The translations under genes were made by a program, and so were the position numbers. Below the pieces are notes generated by a model, which saw only the letters and a program-made list of their open reading frames with translations, was not told the DNA's origin and did not search any database. A stretch of DNA of 64,000 bases from Octopus sinensis (lineage: Eukaryota), in contig NC_042999.1 in NCBI RefSeq assembly GCF_006345805.1, positions 94,426,001-94,490,000 of the forward strand, read 5' to 3'. Positions 25,644-37,596 of the stretch are shown here, one piece after another. The stretch's first letter is position 1. Every line of letters begins with the position of its first letter.

Positions 25644-25787
25644 GACCGGTTTCTTTCAGTTTCTGTCTACAAAATCCACTCACATGGTTTTGGTTGGATC
25701 GGGGCATTTGCTCAAAGTGCCAGGCAGTGGGACTGAACCCGGAACCATGTTGTTGGTAAGGAAGCTATTTACCACACAACCACTTCT
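25641..25787 (-). mobile_element. SINE family B, 5' half
   Basis: GGGACTGAACCCGGAACCATGT..GGTAAGGAAGCTATTTACCACACAACCAC is the reverse complement of the tRNA-like head. Confidence 0.8.
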
Positions 25788-26489
25788 GCGGCCTAGTAAT
25801 GGTTTTCTCTAAAGTGACTCCATAGAATATTCGATACAAGATACAATGCTACAACTTTTATTCATGTAGTATGTTATATAGGATACAAATTATGAACGAA
25901 ATATATCACATACAAGCCGACTACTATAATACAACGTTGCAAAAAAAAATACAGTCGCAAATGTCTAGACATCCATCACAAAAACTTATGTACAGTGATA
26001 AAAACTAAGTAGTAGATAAATGAATATAGAACATCTCATACCCTAAAACCAAGTACAAATATGTTGTAATGATACGTATTATTTTAGAAATAGATATTTC
26101 GTTGTTTGTTAAGATTTTTTAAAAATATACTTTCTGTTACATTAATACTGTTATTGCTTATTATATTGCACGTTTTAATAATATTTCTTTCAGAATTGAC
26201 ACGTGCTAAGCTACAATATATTACATAACACACCAACTAAACTTGTACCTACGTTATAACGGGAAGTGATTTTCCATATATATTTGTTATCACGCTGAAA
26301 TGGCATTGATATAAGCGTCTACAAGTTTAGGAGTCAGATATTTGACTGTAGCTCCTAAATTTGCTCATTGGATATTGTCTTAGGACTTAAAGAACATCAA
26401 CAATCGATCATCATATATTTGCTATCGATTTTATTCAAATACAAGTGTTACATCAGCAATGAAACTATTAGGGAATTTCCATTTTTACT

Positions 26490-26493
26490 GTTT

Positions 26494-26587
<94 letters not shown>

Positions 26588-26626
26588 TACATACATATGT
26601 ATTTATATATATAATATATATATATA
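26490..26626. repeat. (TA)n microsatellite
   Basis: Directly visible; abuts the palindrome. Confidence 0.95.
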
Positions 26627-27078
26627 CAACTTATAAATAAGGGAAAACGAAAAACATTCTAATGCCAAATATGCCGAAAATTGGACATATTGTCCATTTA
26701 CCATATCGTTTTTCCCAGTACGCACGCTACTCGAAAAAAGGTTGACAGAAATCTCTAAAAAATTCCATTATTACCATATCGGACCGATTTTAGGGTTAGT
26801 TCAAAAAGAACCCTCCCTTCGTCAGTGATACATGTGGCAAAGAAGTAAATGAGATACTTACTCATACCACATGTATCACTGACGAAGGGAGGGTTCTTTT
26901 TGAACTAACCCTGAAATCGGTCCGATATGGTAATAATGGAATTTTTTAGAGATTTCTGTCGACCTTTTTTCGAGTAGCGTGCGTACTGGAAAAAAAAACG
27001 ATATGGTAAATGGACAATATGTCCAATTTTCGGCATATTTGGCATTAGAAATTTTTTTTTGCCCTTATTTATAAGTTG
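26627..27078. mobile_element. 452-bp fold-back element with a hammerhead motif in each arm
   Basis: Near-perfect inverted arms 26627-26837 and 26867-27078 around a 29-nt spacer. Confidence 0.9.
26872..26929 (+). ncRNA. Type I hammerhead-like motif (right arm)
   Basis: TGTATCA-CTGACGA-AGGG.AG.GGTTC(ttttt)GAACT.AA.CCCT-GAAA-TCGG-TC-CGATATG. The core is intact; there is an A-U pair at the base of stem II and an A.C mismatch at the base of stem I. The mirror copy on minus at 26775-26832 has G12 changed to A. Confidence 0.7.
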
Positions 27079-27158
27079 TTTATAATTTAACCTTTAAAGG
27101 TATTTTTAATATGCTGGCCATTGATAAAATTTTTTTCGAAAAAATTTTATACTACATT

Positions 27159-27202
<44 letters not shown>

Positions 27203-27630
27203 TGATGGTGGGTATTTAAAGGTAAACTTCCAAAGTAATTTGATGTAAATATGTTTGATATTAAATCAACTTATAGCTAATGACAGTAAACAGCGGCCCA
27301 CCAATTTTAATTTGCCTCCCACATATTGACACAATCACTTTCTTACCCAGATATATAGCTGGAATTCAATGTGAAAACAATCATTTTTCTACAATCATTT
27401 TTCGCTATCTGACACGCTGTAGGTGGAACTAGATAGATGGGAACTGAGGCAAGTCTAGTGGTATACGTACAATCGTGTATGTGTTTGTACGTTTGCGCGT
27501 GCGTGTGTGTTTTAGTGGGTTTGTATGAAATACGGCACTACAAATTAGGAAATTTTGAAAACATCACAATAAAATACGTGCATTTCTTCTATAAATGCTT
27601 ATCTGTATTTATTGTTTATTATTCTTATTA

Positions 27631-27848
27631 CTTTATTGCCCACAAGGGGCTAAACATAGAGGGGACAAACAAAGATATTAAGTTGATTACATCGAGCGCA
27701 GTGGGTAACTGTTACGTAATTTATCGACCCCGAAAGGATGAAAGGCAAAATCGACCTCGGCGGAATTTGAACTCAGAACGTAACGGCAGACGAAATACCG
27801 CTAAGCATTTCGCCCGGCGTGCTAATGTTTCTGCCAGCTCGCCGCCTT
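27631..27848 (-). mobile_element. tRNA-derived SINE, family C, full length
   Basis: Minus starts TAAGGCGGCGAGCTGGCAGAAAC; B box GAGTTCAAATTCC; conserved core and tail. Confidence 0.88.
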
Positions 27849-29255
27849 AATTATTCTGTTTATTATTCTGTTACTCATCCATAAAAAGGTATATGTATTT
27901 ACATGTGTATAAAGTTTCTGTTGTTTTATTCTTTTGGTGGACTGATCTAGGATTGAACCAATAACATAAATTCGGATGCTATGAAACTCTCGCCTAATGA
28001 AAACTGTGCACTCTTTATAAAACGCTGCTCATATTCCATAAATTTTAAGGTTGTGTTTTCAGAGGATGTTCACAAATAATTAATTAATTAAACGGAATTA
28101 TCTTCGTGGTGTCTCAAGAGATATTAAGTTGAAAAAACAAGTCAACAATTAATTTAGAGAGTGAAGGAAATTTTTATATTTGTTACTGATTAAGATGACA
28201 TGAACTTAGGATTTATTGTTTCATGTACGAATATCTAGCTTTGGAATCTTCACATTAATCGTATTATCTGATTTCATTATCTATAAATTTATACTTCATG
28301 AATATTGCCACGTTTTCTTTTTTTCTTTCTTTTTTTTTGTAAGAATATAATAAAGCATCTTTTTAGGCGACTCATTTCACTGTTTCACAGAGATAAACAC
28401 TGTTGCTCTTCATTTGTTGACCGGATCACTTAACTTACACTTTCACATGTGAAATATATAACAGTATGCGAATCCCGTATAAAATATTTCCTATCAAGTG
28501 CATATTGCTACATGAAATGTATCGACTGTGATGTAGCATTTCATTAAATCATTTTTCATCTCGAATGGAGAGTTCAAAACATCTATAGTGTACCACCTAA
28601 CGCTGGGTATAGTAATCGCACAGAAGCATATAGGGAAATGGTATATAAGAGGGAAGGACACTTGTGTACATTCCGTTTGAGGATATGAAGTGGTTGAAAA
28701 ATGCATAGTTATGCAATGACAGTGTTTTTAAAGATTAGCCTTTATGGACTACTAATAGTGCATGTGTTACTTGGCAGCAGAAATTTGTTAAACTACACCA
28801 ATACATAAGTGTATATGTTTGTGTATCATCGACTTACTGTCAGTACGTTGCTACTGATATGGCTTTCTCAATTTGGTAATATTTGACCTGCTTCCCCTAA
28901 ATTACTACAAAGACTTTCGATATCTTTCAAACAATACGGATTCCAATATCCGCATTCTTCTCTTAAATTACAACAAATATATGATAAATATGAAGGAAGT
29001 AATTTCTTCAGATGTAACACTCAACCTAAAAACTGGAAATAATATCCTCTTACACTAAATCCAACGAACAAACGAACAACTATTACTACTACGACTATTA
29101 TCATCACCACTACTATGATATACTTATATATATATGTGTGTGTGTGTGTGTGAGCGTGCGTATATGTGTGTGCGCGCGCATGTATATGTATATGCACAGC
29201 TATGCATATAGATAAGATGAACAGACAGACAGAAAGACAGATAGATAGATAAAAC

Positions 29256-29400
29256 GGCATGGCTATGGGTAAGAATTTTGCCTTCAGCCACGCGGCTCAG
29301 AGTTCAGTCCAACTACGTTGCATCCAAGGCAAATGTCTTCTACTGTAGCTCCTGACCTACCAAAGATCTGTAAGTGAAAATTTGATAGAGTCCCATTGTA
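29256..29400 (+). mobile_element. Diverged SINE family B 5' fragment
   Basis: GGCATGGCTATGGGTAAGA..GAGTTCAGTCC..GGCAAATGTCTTCTACTGTAGC. Confidence 0.6.
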
Positions 29401-30484
29401 TATATGTTTATATGTATGTAAATTAATTTTGACTTCAGCAGAATATTGAAAGTGAGATACTATTCATTCTTGTACAATCGTTAATCGACTATTCTCAGAT
29501 ATTGTAGAATGTAATGAAAGAAGGGGGAAAGAAATGAAGCCTGAACTAAGAAAAAAAGTAGGAAAACCAAATTTATTAAAGCGATTCGTTCGATGTTCGA
29601 ACAAATTTTGCTAATCCAACAAATAAATATAAAGTTGAATTATATATGATATATAACTGATATTATTTTGTAAATGTCTGAGATAATGTGAACAACTATT
29701 CCGCAACGGAAATTGTTTGTTTGAGAAGTTAAATATAGGCTGATGGATGGTTTCACTTTAAACCCGTTGGTGAAAGTGATGTATTCCCGTACCATATCAT
29801 CAATGAATCAAAGGTTTGCAATACATTTCCTTTATATTTATAATCATCGTCATAGAAGTACACTAAATATCGTTTGATGTATTTCAGTGGCACGTGATTT
29901 CAAGCGTATTAGCAATTTTTGATATTAAAATATAAATATATTAAATTGAGAAACATTAGAAATCAACTACTGTCATTTAATTATCTGGAACCAATCGTTG
30001 TTTATGACTGATTGATATTACGTGAGAACCTGACCTTTACTTTGTAAACGACATTAGAACATTAATATTCCTTAACAATGCTAATCATGTTTTTCTTCCT
30101 ACTAATGACATAATTAATTTTTTTAATTATTTAAATGGCGGTAGAACTGAAACCATGAATCTATAGAAACAAATTCAAACGTCGGTGTTCGTAGCAGTCG
30201 TTCATTTAAAGATTACTCGAAGTAGATCGATGTAGGAAGAGTATAATACATAGAATGATTCTGGATAGTCGAAGTTACATGAAGGAAAAAGATATAAAAT
30301 ATATTTACTGTGAAACTTGTGGGCTGAGAGATACTAAGTGTGATAATATGAACAATATTGGAACAACCAAGAATGAAATAGCATTTGTTTGTTTATTGAA
30401 GAAATTGGAGTAGTAACAGTATATGTCACAGAAAGATGAAACGACGCATATATTTGTTACTTATAATATTTTTACACGCTAAGT

Positions 30485-30700
30485 CGCCGAACTGACACAA
30501 ACGTTAGCACGCCGGGCGAAATGCTTAGCGGTATTTCGTCTGTTTCTACCTTCTGAATTCAAGTACCGCCGAGGTCGACTTTGCCTTTCATCCTTACTGG
30601 ATCAATAAATTAAGTACAAGTTACGTACTGGGGTCGATCTAATCAACTGGCCCCTGCCTCAAAATTTCGGGCCTTTTGCCTGGAGCAGTAAAGAATAATT
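30485..30700 (+). mobile_element. tRNA-derived SINE, family C variant
   Basis: GTTAGCACGCCGGGCGAAATGCTTAGCGGTATTTCG..GAGGTCGACTTTGCCTTTCATCC. Confidence 0.85.
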
Positions 30701-31623
30701 AAACATGAGCACTTTCTAACCAATATAGAAGCAAAATTGATTTCAAATTTTTGAAAATTCTAGAGAGCATGATCATTTATTCTGAATCAATCGCAGAGAG
30801 ATAAGTTAATCCTCCTTGGAGTGAGCATCACACCACAAAATATCATTTGTTGACTACCTGCATGTCTATTAATTTTGGTATGCTATATTAAGTACTATAA
30901 TGAGGTGGATTAGGATACAAAAGTAAGAACTTGATACTTTATTCTTTACAGTTTGTAATTTTTTTAAAGCAAGTCTCACGGAATATCCGTAAGTTTTTGT
31001 TTTTTTTCTTAATAATCAAAGCCCCCTAATTTTTCTGAGAGTCATTAATATTCGAAGCCATGACATTCCCGGAAATGTAATAGACGTGAATTAAAAACAA
31101 CAGCAGAATTTTCTGCAAGCACGTAACCAAGAAATATATCCCCCTTCTACTTTCTACAGTAATTTTATATAATAATAAGACAGACGTTTACGATAGTCCA
31201 GTGTATCTAGTAAATTTACTTCATGCATTTACGAAAGCAGTGACGTCTGAAAACATATACACAGAGTCTGTAGTCAAGTTTCAGATGACTATGCAAGTAT
31301 TTCCACAGCAACATACAGCCCGAGCTCGAGGCTAACCACACTCTTCAAGTGGATTCTCAAGGAATAATCAGACTTCCATCTAAATGTGCAGTCTTACATT
31401 ACACACTCTAATATGTAAAACTGCAAAGATTACGTAAATATTACACGGCACTGTTGCGTGTAATAGCGTTAAAATGGGAGTGGTACCCAAACAGTTGTAA
31501 CTGGTGGTCAGTAAAGTAGTTTTCATTTTAATTGTTTCAGTCATCTGATAGCGGCCGTCCTAGCACACTGTCTTCAATATATATATATATATATTATATA
31601 TATATATATATAATATATATATA

Positions 31624-32005
31624 CTAGCAGTATCGCCCGGCGTTGCTCGGGTTGTAAGGGAAATAACTATATAAGAATTTTTAGAGAGTTATAGCCAAAA
31701 AATAGCAAAAAAATGCATTAAGAATTGAAAAAAAAATTAAGGTAAATTTTTTTTTAAATCGTTGATACATCGTAGATATTTTTAGAGATTTACTTCCCTT
31801 ATATAAAAGCGAAAAAAATGCATTAAAATGGAAAAATATGATGGTAAATTTTTTTAAATCGTAGACTCATCGTAGACGCGCGCTAATACCCAGAAGGGCT
31901 CGATATGAATCACGACTATAAGATACCCGCTTTTGGTTAAATGTGGGAGTAGTTACGAATCTAAATCGAAGGGGACAGACACACAACTTCACTCTTATAT
32001 AAAGA
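31624..32005 (-). mobile_element. Non-autonomous Helitron, family D, with ~100-bp internal subrepeat
   Basis: A|TC...hairpin CCCGAGCAACGCCGGG...CTAG|T. Homologous to 8579-8874, with an extra copy of the TTTTTAGAGA..ATGCATTAA..AAATCGT..CATCGTAGA segment. Confidence 0.82.
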
Positions 32006-32579
32006 TGCTTTTTTTTTCAGTCATAGAGTTAGATTTATGAAGGTCTTCAGTAGAAAATCCTTCGAATTCTGACTCGCTGCTTGATATAATGAAATTCGTA
32101 TCCATTTTTTGTCAGAATTACAAATTTTGAAAACACAATAGGAACAAATTTCGGAAAAAAATCTCCCATAATTCACGGAATTAAAATTACACTTCGATTT
32201 TTGTACAAAACTGTATTTGAAGTGTTTACGAAGTATAATACGTGTTTTCACGAATGTACTAAAGAGATTTACTCTGATATTCTCATTTAAATATGAATAG
32301 GTAAATTCGGGCGGTTTGGTAACGAAAGGGTTTATATAAGTGTCGTCTGTTTATACGTAAACACTGTTTCATACTTTCAGTTTAGTCTTCCTCAAATCAC
32401 TCTGTCGCTAATTTACTCTCTTCCAAGAACATTTTCACTCACTCTTATCTGTTAGCTTCCCATACATTTTACTCATGTATCTATCAGCATGATAGACAGA
32501 AACAAATATTACATCTAGTTTCACTTTATTCGTTGCACACTGTGTGTGTGCGTTTGCGTGTGCTGTAAACCAGACTAAG

Positions 32580-32815
32580 AAAAGCATTTGACATACACAC
32601 CAGAATGTGAGTTTTCTGTAAATTTTGCTTAATTGGAGTTTAAATTTTAAAAACTGGACCTGGCATGACCCGATGCATTCTACTCTTAAAAATGCTAGGT
32701 AAATTGTAATTGAAGAAATCCTATATTGTAGATTTCTATAACTTACAAAGGGAGGCAGATAAAATCTTCCTTTTATAATAAGAGATACTATCAGCTAAGC
32801 CCGGCTTCACCCAGT
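32580..32815 (-). mobile_element. Helitron-like 5' fragment abutting a Helitron-like 3' end
   Basis: A|TCTCTTATTATAAAA head ends at 32785; ACTATCAGCTAAGCCCGGCTTCACCC (CTAG-end-like hairpin) follows at once. Confidence 0.4.
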
Positions 32816-33186
32816 CTGTTGGATGATGTGGCTGTAATCATTTTCGGTTAGTCATAATCTATAACACCGCTTCTCAACCTTATCATTTCGGGTCCCTGTT
32901 TCGATTGGAGCCTCCAACTCTATGAACATTTCCTGACTCACCCACCACCGTGTCAGAAAACAGCTTCAGGTGTTGTGAAGAAAGAATTTGTACGTAGTCT
33001 GTTTTTGAGCGCTATTCTATTGGACCTCTGTCTAATCATTAAAACACTGATGTAATTATGAACATAGAAAGAAATTATACATTAATCTCTATTTTTGTAA
33101 GCAGTTGTATCCGTTAAAATTTTATTTTCAGAGAACAGAAATTGGAAGAAGATATATGAAATGCACTTGTTTGTGTGTATTTGTGT

Positions 33187-33225
<39 letters not shown>

Positions 33226-34569
33226 TGCTCATCGTATAACATTTTTACGATAGTTGATTTATGGAAAAGATTATGTTAAACTTTTGAAATGCACATATGT
33301 GAATGAAAATTAAGTTCAGACCTCTACATGGTAGCTAGACCTGGTAGAAATAGCAGCCAAATCTCTTTCAAAACACCCTACTGTCATACTCCGACAATTC
33401 TGCGTATTATGTAATTTGAATGAGAAACTGTAACTAAAGATTAAGATTATCAACCCCACAAAGGTGGGAAAGAAGAGAGACAGCACAGCGAAAGTTTTGG
33501 TTGACTGTCATCCTGTACTCTATTTGTTGCTAGCGAAATGGTGATTAAGTCGAGAGGGACAGTAAATATTATGACACTTCAAGAAATAGACAAACATCGT
33601 ATTTTTTTTAATGACTTCTTGAGAAGCTAATTTTGCCTTTCCACATCATAATCACCTCAGTTTCTAGGTAGTCTTCGTATCAAGTTACTTCCTAAACTGC
33701 GAAACTATGTTCAGGAAACAAAAATCTAGTCTAGCTGGTTTTACTTTCACAGTTGTTGCTTATAAAAAAGCTGGGAAATACATAATGTTTAATTTTTTTC
33801 ATTTCTATCCCTTGAATACAGAAATTGATATTGGTAGTGTTAGCCAATTATTGATGAATATTTGTGTTCGCAAAATATCAAACAAAATTTGCGTTAGTGG
33901 AGAAAATAAAATATTATAAACATTTTTTCACCTATTACCTGTTAGCACTGCATGAATCCGCTGTATTTCTGCATTATAGCATTTGGTCGATCATGTCTGG
34001 ACTTCGATTAGTAGTGGTCGTAATAAAAATATTACTACAACTGGGGATTATAACTTATTGACTGGGCTTAACGACACTTCTCGCACAATCATATATTACA
34101 GTATCGATTTCTAGCATTTGGTTCATATAAACACAATTGATTTTTGTAACCTGGCATCATAATATTAGTCATGAAAATAATATTCAATACTATTTAATAA
34201 CCTCAATTTCAACTAGAACTTAATTTTTTATGGGTGTTTTATAAACATAAACCTATATTTGTATTAATCGTAAAAACGCATTCTTCTTTTATTATGTAAG
34301 ATATGTACGCATCTATTAACAAAAGTTTTCTTATTCACTTCTAAGTCCGATAACACATACAGTTTTGATTTTGGTTTCTACTCTTGATATCATTGATATC
34401 GTGAAAGCTAATCTCCGTTAGAAATATGTTCATCAGAGTACCGTCCATAATTTTGAAACTGTAAATAGCTCCATCGCAAGGCATGTACTCAAATTATTAT
34501 ATCACAGTGTCCTACTTATAGAATTGGAGATCCCGATTACGTTGAGTATGACGACGAAGCCGTTGTTGA

Positions 34570-34683
34570 GGTTACTACTACTACTACAACTACTATTAAT
34601 AATAATAATACTAATACTAACAATAATAATATTAATAATAATAATAACATTAATAAAACTAATAATAAAAATAGTAGTAGTAC

Positions 34684-34761
<78 letters not shown>

Positions 34762-34790
34762 CAGCAGCGGCAACAGCAGTAATGACAATG
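34570..34790. repeat. Compound (CTA)/(AAT)/(TAG) microsatellite
   Basis: Directly visible. Confidence 0.95.
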
Positions 34791-35285
34791 CTACCACTGT
34801 TTCTCTCAGTATTGAATGCCGGAAAGCCGTGATGATGGAAATCAAATGCACAATTCTTAGCGACAAAACTGACAAATCTGGGGTATCATTCCGTACACAA
34901 CTCCCATGGAGACTTAGATTCTGCAATTCAGGTTAATTTCAAACAAATTCCGTAGACATTAAGCATGAAGGAAATTATTTTATTTCACCTATTAACTTCA
35001 TCTTTCCTGTTTTCATTTATTTTTCATGGCTCATCTATTAAATCATATGAATACCACTTGGAGACATAAATGTTTATTAAAAGCTATTAAATGGACGTCT
35101 CTATATTAAAAAGCAATAATTTTATCTTAAGTGGGAATATGACGCATTCCGATACAGTTGTAATTTTCACACACACACATGAATATATAGAGAATCACGC
35201 ATGCACGCACGCTCACATACAAACACAAACACACATATACACACACACACACATACATACACACACACACATATATATATATACA

Positions 35286-35326
<41 letters not shown>

Positions 35327-35499
35327 CAACACAGTAGAACAGTAATAAAATGTGTCTCTTTGGTAATTCTATTATATTATTGTTATTAAAAGGCAAAGAC
35401 TCACAGGAAATGTAAAATATGTATGTGTACTACTCTATTTTATTTATTTTTCTTAATATTTTAGAGATTGTTTAAAATGGAGAGCTAACAAAATCGTTA

Positions 35500-35690
35500 T
35501 TTCATCGGGCAAAATGTTTGGTGACATTTCGTCCGACTTAACTTTCTGACTTCAAATTCTGCCGTGATGAACTTCTTTCATCCCTTTCGGAGTCGATAAA
35601 ATAAGTTCGAGTTGGGCACTGGTATCTATGTAATCCACTTATCTTCTTCCCGGGAATTACTGGTCTTGTGCCAAAATTGGTAACCAATGT
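35500..35690 (+). mobile_element. Diverged SINE family C
   Basis: GGGCAAAATG..ATTTCGTC..CTTCAAATTCTGCCG..TTTCATCCCTTTCGGAGTCGATAAA..GTGCCAAAATT. Confidence 0.65.
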
Positions 35691-36218
35691 TATAAATATT
35701 ATCTAGTATGTAGTGAATAATGAGACGTGATGGCTTATTCACAAGAAGGATTGCAACGGAATTATTAAAAACCGGATATTATTCAATAATGATAATGTAT
35801 TTCCTCAGTTAAGATCATTTCAGATCTCTGAGCAGTTTCCCATCTTGTTCTGTTTCCATATTCTAAAATTTCAACCCACTTCTTTCTAGTTGCTATCAAA
35901 ACGCGCCTGATATCTCTTTACTATAATTTTTATACTATATACTACAATACAAACTCTATGATGTTTATATGAAGTACACTCTATAACATCTATACCAAGT
36001 ACTCGCTTCAAAATGTAATGAAATGGATGTAGCTGCATCTCATACATTACTAAAGTACCTTTGAATACCAATTATATCATTTTGTATAGTTATGTTTGAA
36101 ATTTGTCTGATGAACGAAATATGTTAAAAAGATTTCTCAACATTCTATAGCAAGTCTTACACATTCCTATGCACACACATACAGACACACACACACATGC
36201 CTGAAGGTGTGTATATGA

Positions 36219-36290
<72 letters not shown>

Positions 36291-36373
36291 TAAACTAGGT
36301 TAAAATCATGTAAATGATAATATCAAGTGGCCAACATGCTATAAAACATTATGGTTAAATTATACTAAAATAA

Positions 36374-36408
<35 letters not shown>

Positions 36409-36506
36409 CAAAATTATATAAAGGAACACAAGATTTTTTCCTTTTCCATTATATAACTATATAATTTATATATATAATTGTTATTGTAATATATATATAT
36501 ATATAT

Positions 36507-36742
36507 ATATTATTGGTGAATTGAAGAAATGGAGCTGAACGCAGATTGAACAGAAATCGTTTTATTTCATTCTACACGTGTTTCGAAAGGCACAATTTAC
36601 CAAAATCCGATTGAATAATGGGACCATATTGTGTCTTTCTCTTCAGGAAGAAAATAGGAAATCCGTTGGAAAAAACAAAAACAGAACAGAGGCGGAGCAA
36701 AAACAAATCGAACTAGGGTCCTAAGAGCCCATGGCGAAACTG
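36507..36742 (-). repeat. Inverted 5' copy of part of the pLTR (236 bp)
   Basis: Reverse complement of 37161-37396 and of the equivalent part of pLTR2. Joined to pLTR1 through an ACTG microhomology at 36739-36742. Confidence 0.93.
36564..36654 (-). ncRNA. Type I hammerhead ribozyme (antisense copy in the inverted arm)
   Basis: Reverse complement of the pLTR HHR; core intact. Confidence 0.8.
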
Positions 36743-37019
36743 CAAGGGGAATTACTCCTGTAAGATAAACGGGGCTTGGTTTTTTCACAACGGGGGGTTT
36801 CCTTGACAAGGCAGGCTTAGATGAGCACACACACACATAAAACATAATATATATATTTTTTTTTCTGCCACCCAACGGTTCTCACTGCAGTAGCCACTGA
36901 CAGCCGAACGATCAAACGCACACACGTACACAAAAAATGTTTTCTACCCCTACGCCAGCACACACATATATAGAACAGTATACACACACACGTCTCTAAG
37001 TAGATTTTTTCTCGCCCCT

Positions 37020-37054
37020 TATAAAACATCCAATATTCCTTAAATAGTCAGAAC
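37020..37054 (+). promoter_or_regulatory. Candidate Pol II core promoter in the pLTR (TATA plus Inr-like)
   Basis: TATAAAA at 37020-37026 and TCAGAAC with its A at 37050, exactly 30 nt downstream. The motif recurs in pLTR2. Confidence 0.45.
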
Positions 37055-37248
37055 TTTATTCTCGGTCACAAAGAACATCTACACACCCTCACCCACATGA
37101 TCGACCGATGCCTGACCCGTTAAATTCTTCAGCCACCGGTTCTCAACATACACTGATAAACAGTTTCGCTATGGGCTCTTAGGAGCCTAGTTCGATTTGT
37201 TTTTGCTCCGCCTCTGTTCTGTTTTTGTCTTTTCCAACGGATTTCCTA

Positions 37249-37339
37249 ATTTCTTCCTGAAGAGAAAGACACAATATGGTCCCATTATTCAATCGGATTT
37301 TGGTAAATTGTGCCTTTCGAAACACGTGTAGAATGAAAT
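37249..37339 (+). ncRNA. Type I hammerhead ribozyme in pLTR1
   Basis: Stem I ATTTCTTC/GAATGAAAT (one bulge); CTGAAGA 37257-37263; stem II GAAAGACACAAT/ATTGTGCCTTTC; GAAA 37319-37322; palindromic stem III CACGTG; GUA site, predicted cut after 37330. Confidence 0.85.
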
Positions 37340-37596
37340 AAAACGATTTCTGTTCAATCTGCGTTCAGCTCCATTTCTTCAATTCACCAATAATATTTTA
37401 ATTTCAATTATCCGCACCAACGCACGGTTGCAACACCATATGGTTGTACCTCCAACCGTGCTGTTTACTGCTGTGATTTTTGCTACCAAGGTATCGGTTA
37501 AACTTTTGATTAATCTACTACAAGATTATTCATCTTTCTATTTCACATAATACATACCGCTTCGTCAAGAAACTGCTACTTTAACCGATACCAATA

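Larger units (their letters stand above)
36739..37530 (+). repeat. 5' pseudo-LTR (direct repeat)
   Basis: About 99% identical to 40361-41151 (7 substitutions and 1 indel seen by eye). Confidence 0.95.

Noticed and set aside
26627-27078. Plain TA-TSD MITE call for the palindrome
   Set aside because: The right flank is TT rather than TA, and the embedded HHR cores fit a PLE-type fold-back better. A MITE origin is not fully excluded.
36817-37029. Antisense ORF MFYKGREK... repeated at 40276-40650
   Set aside because: Duplicated only because it lies in the pLTRs; CV/low-complexity content and no domain.
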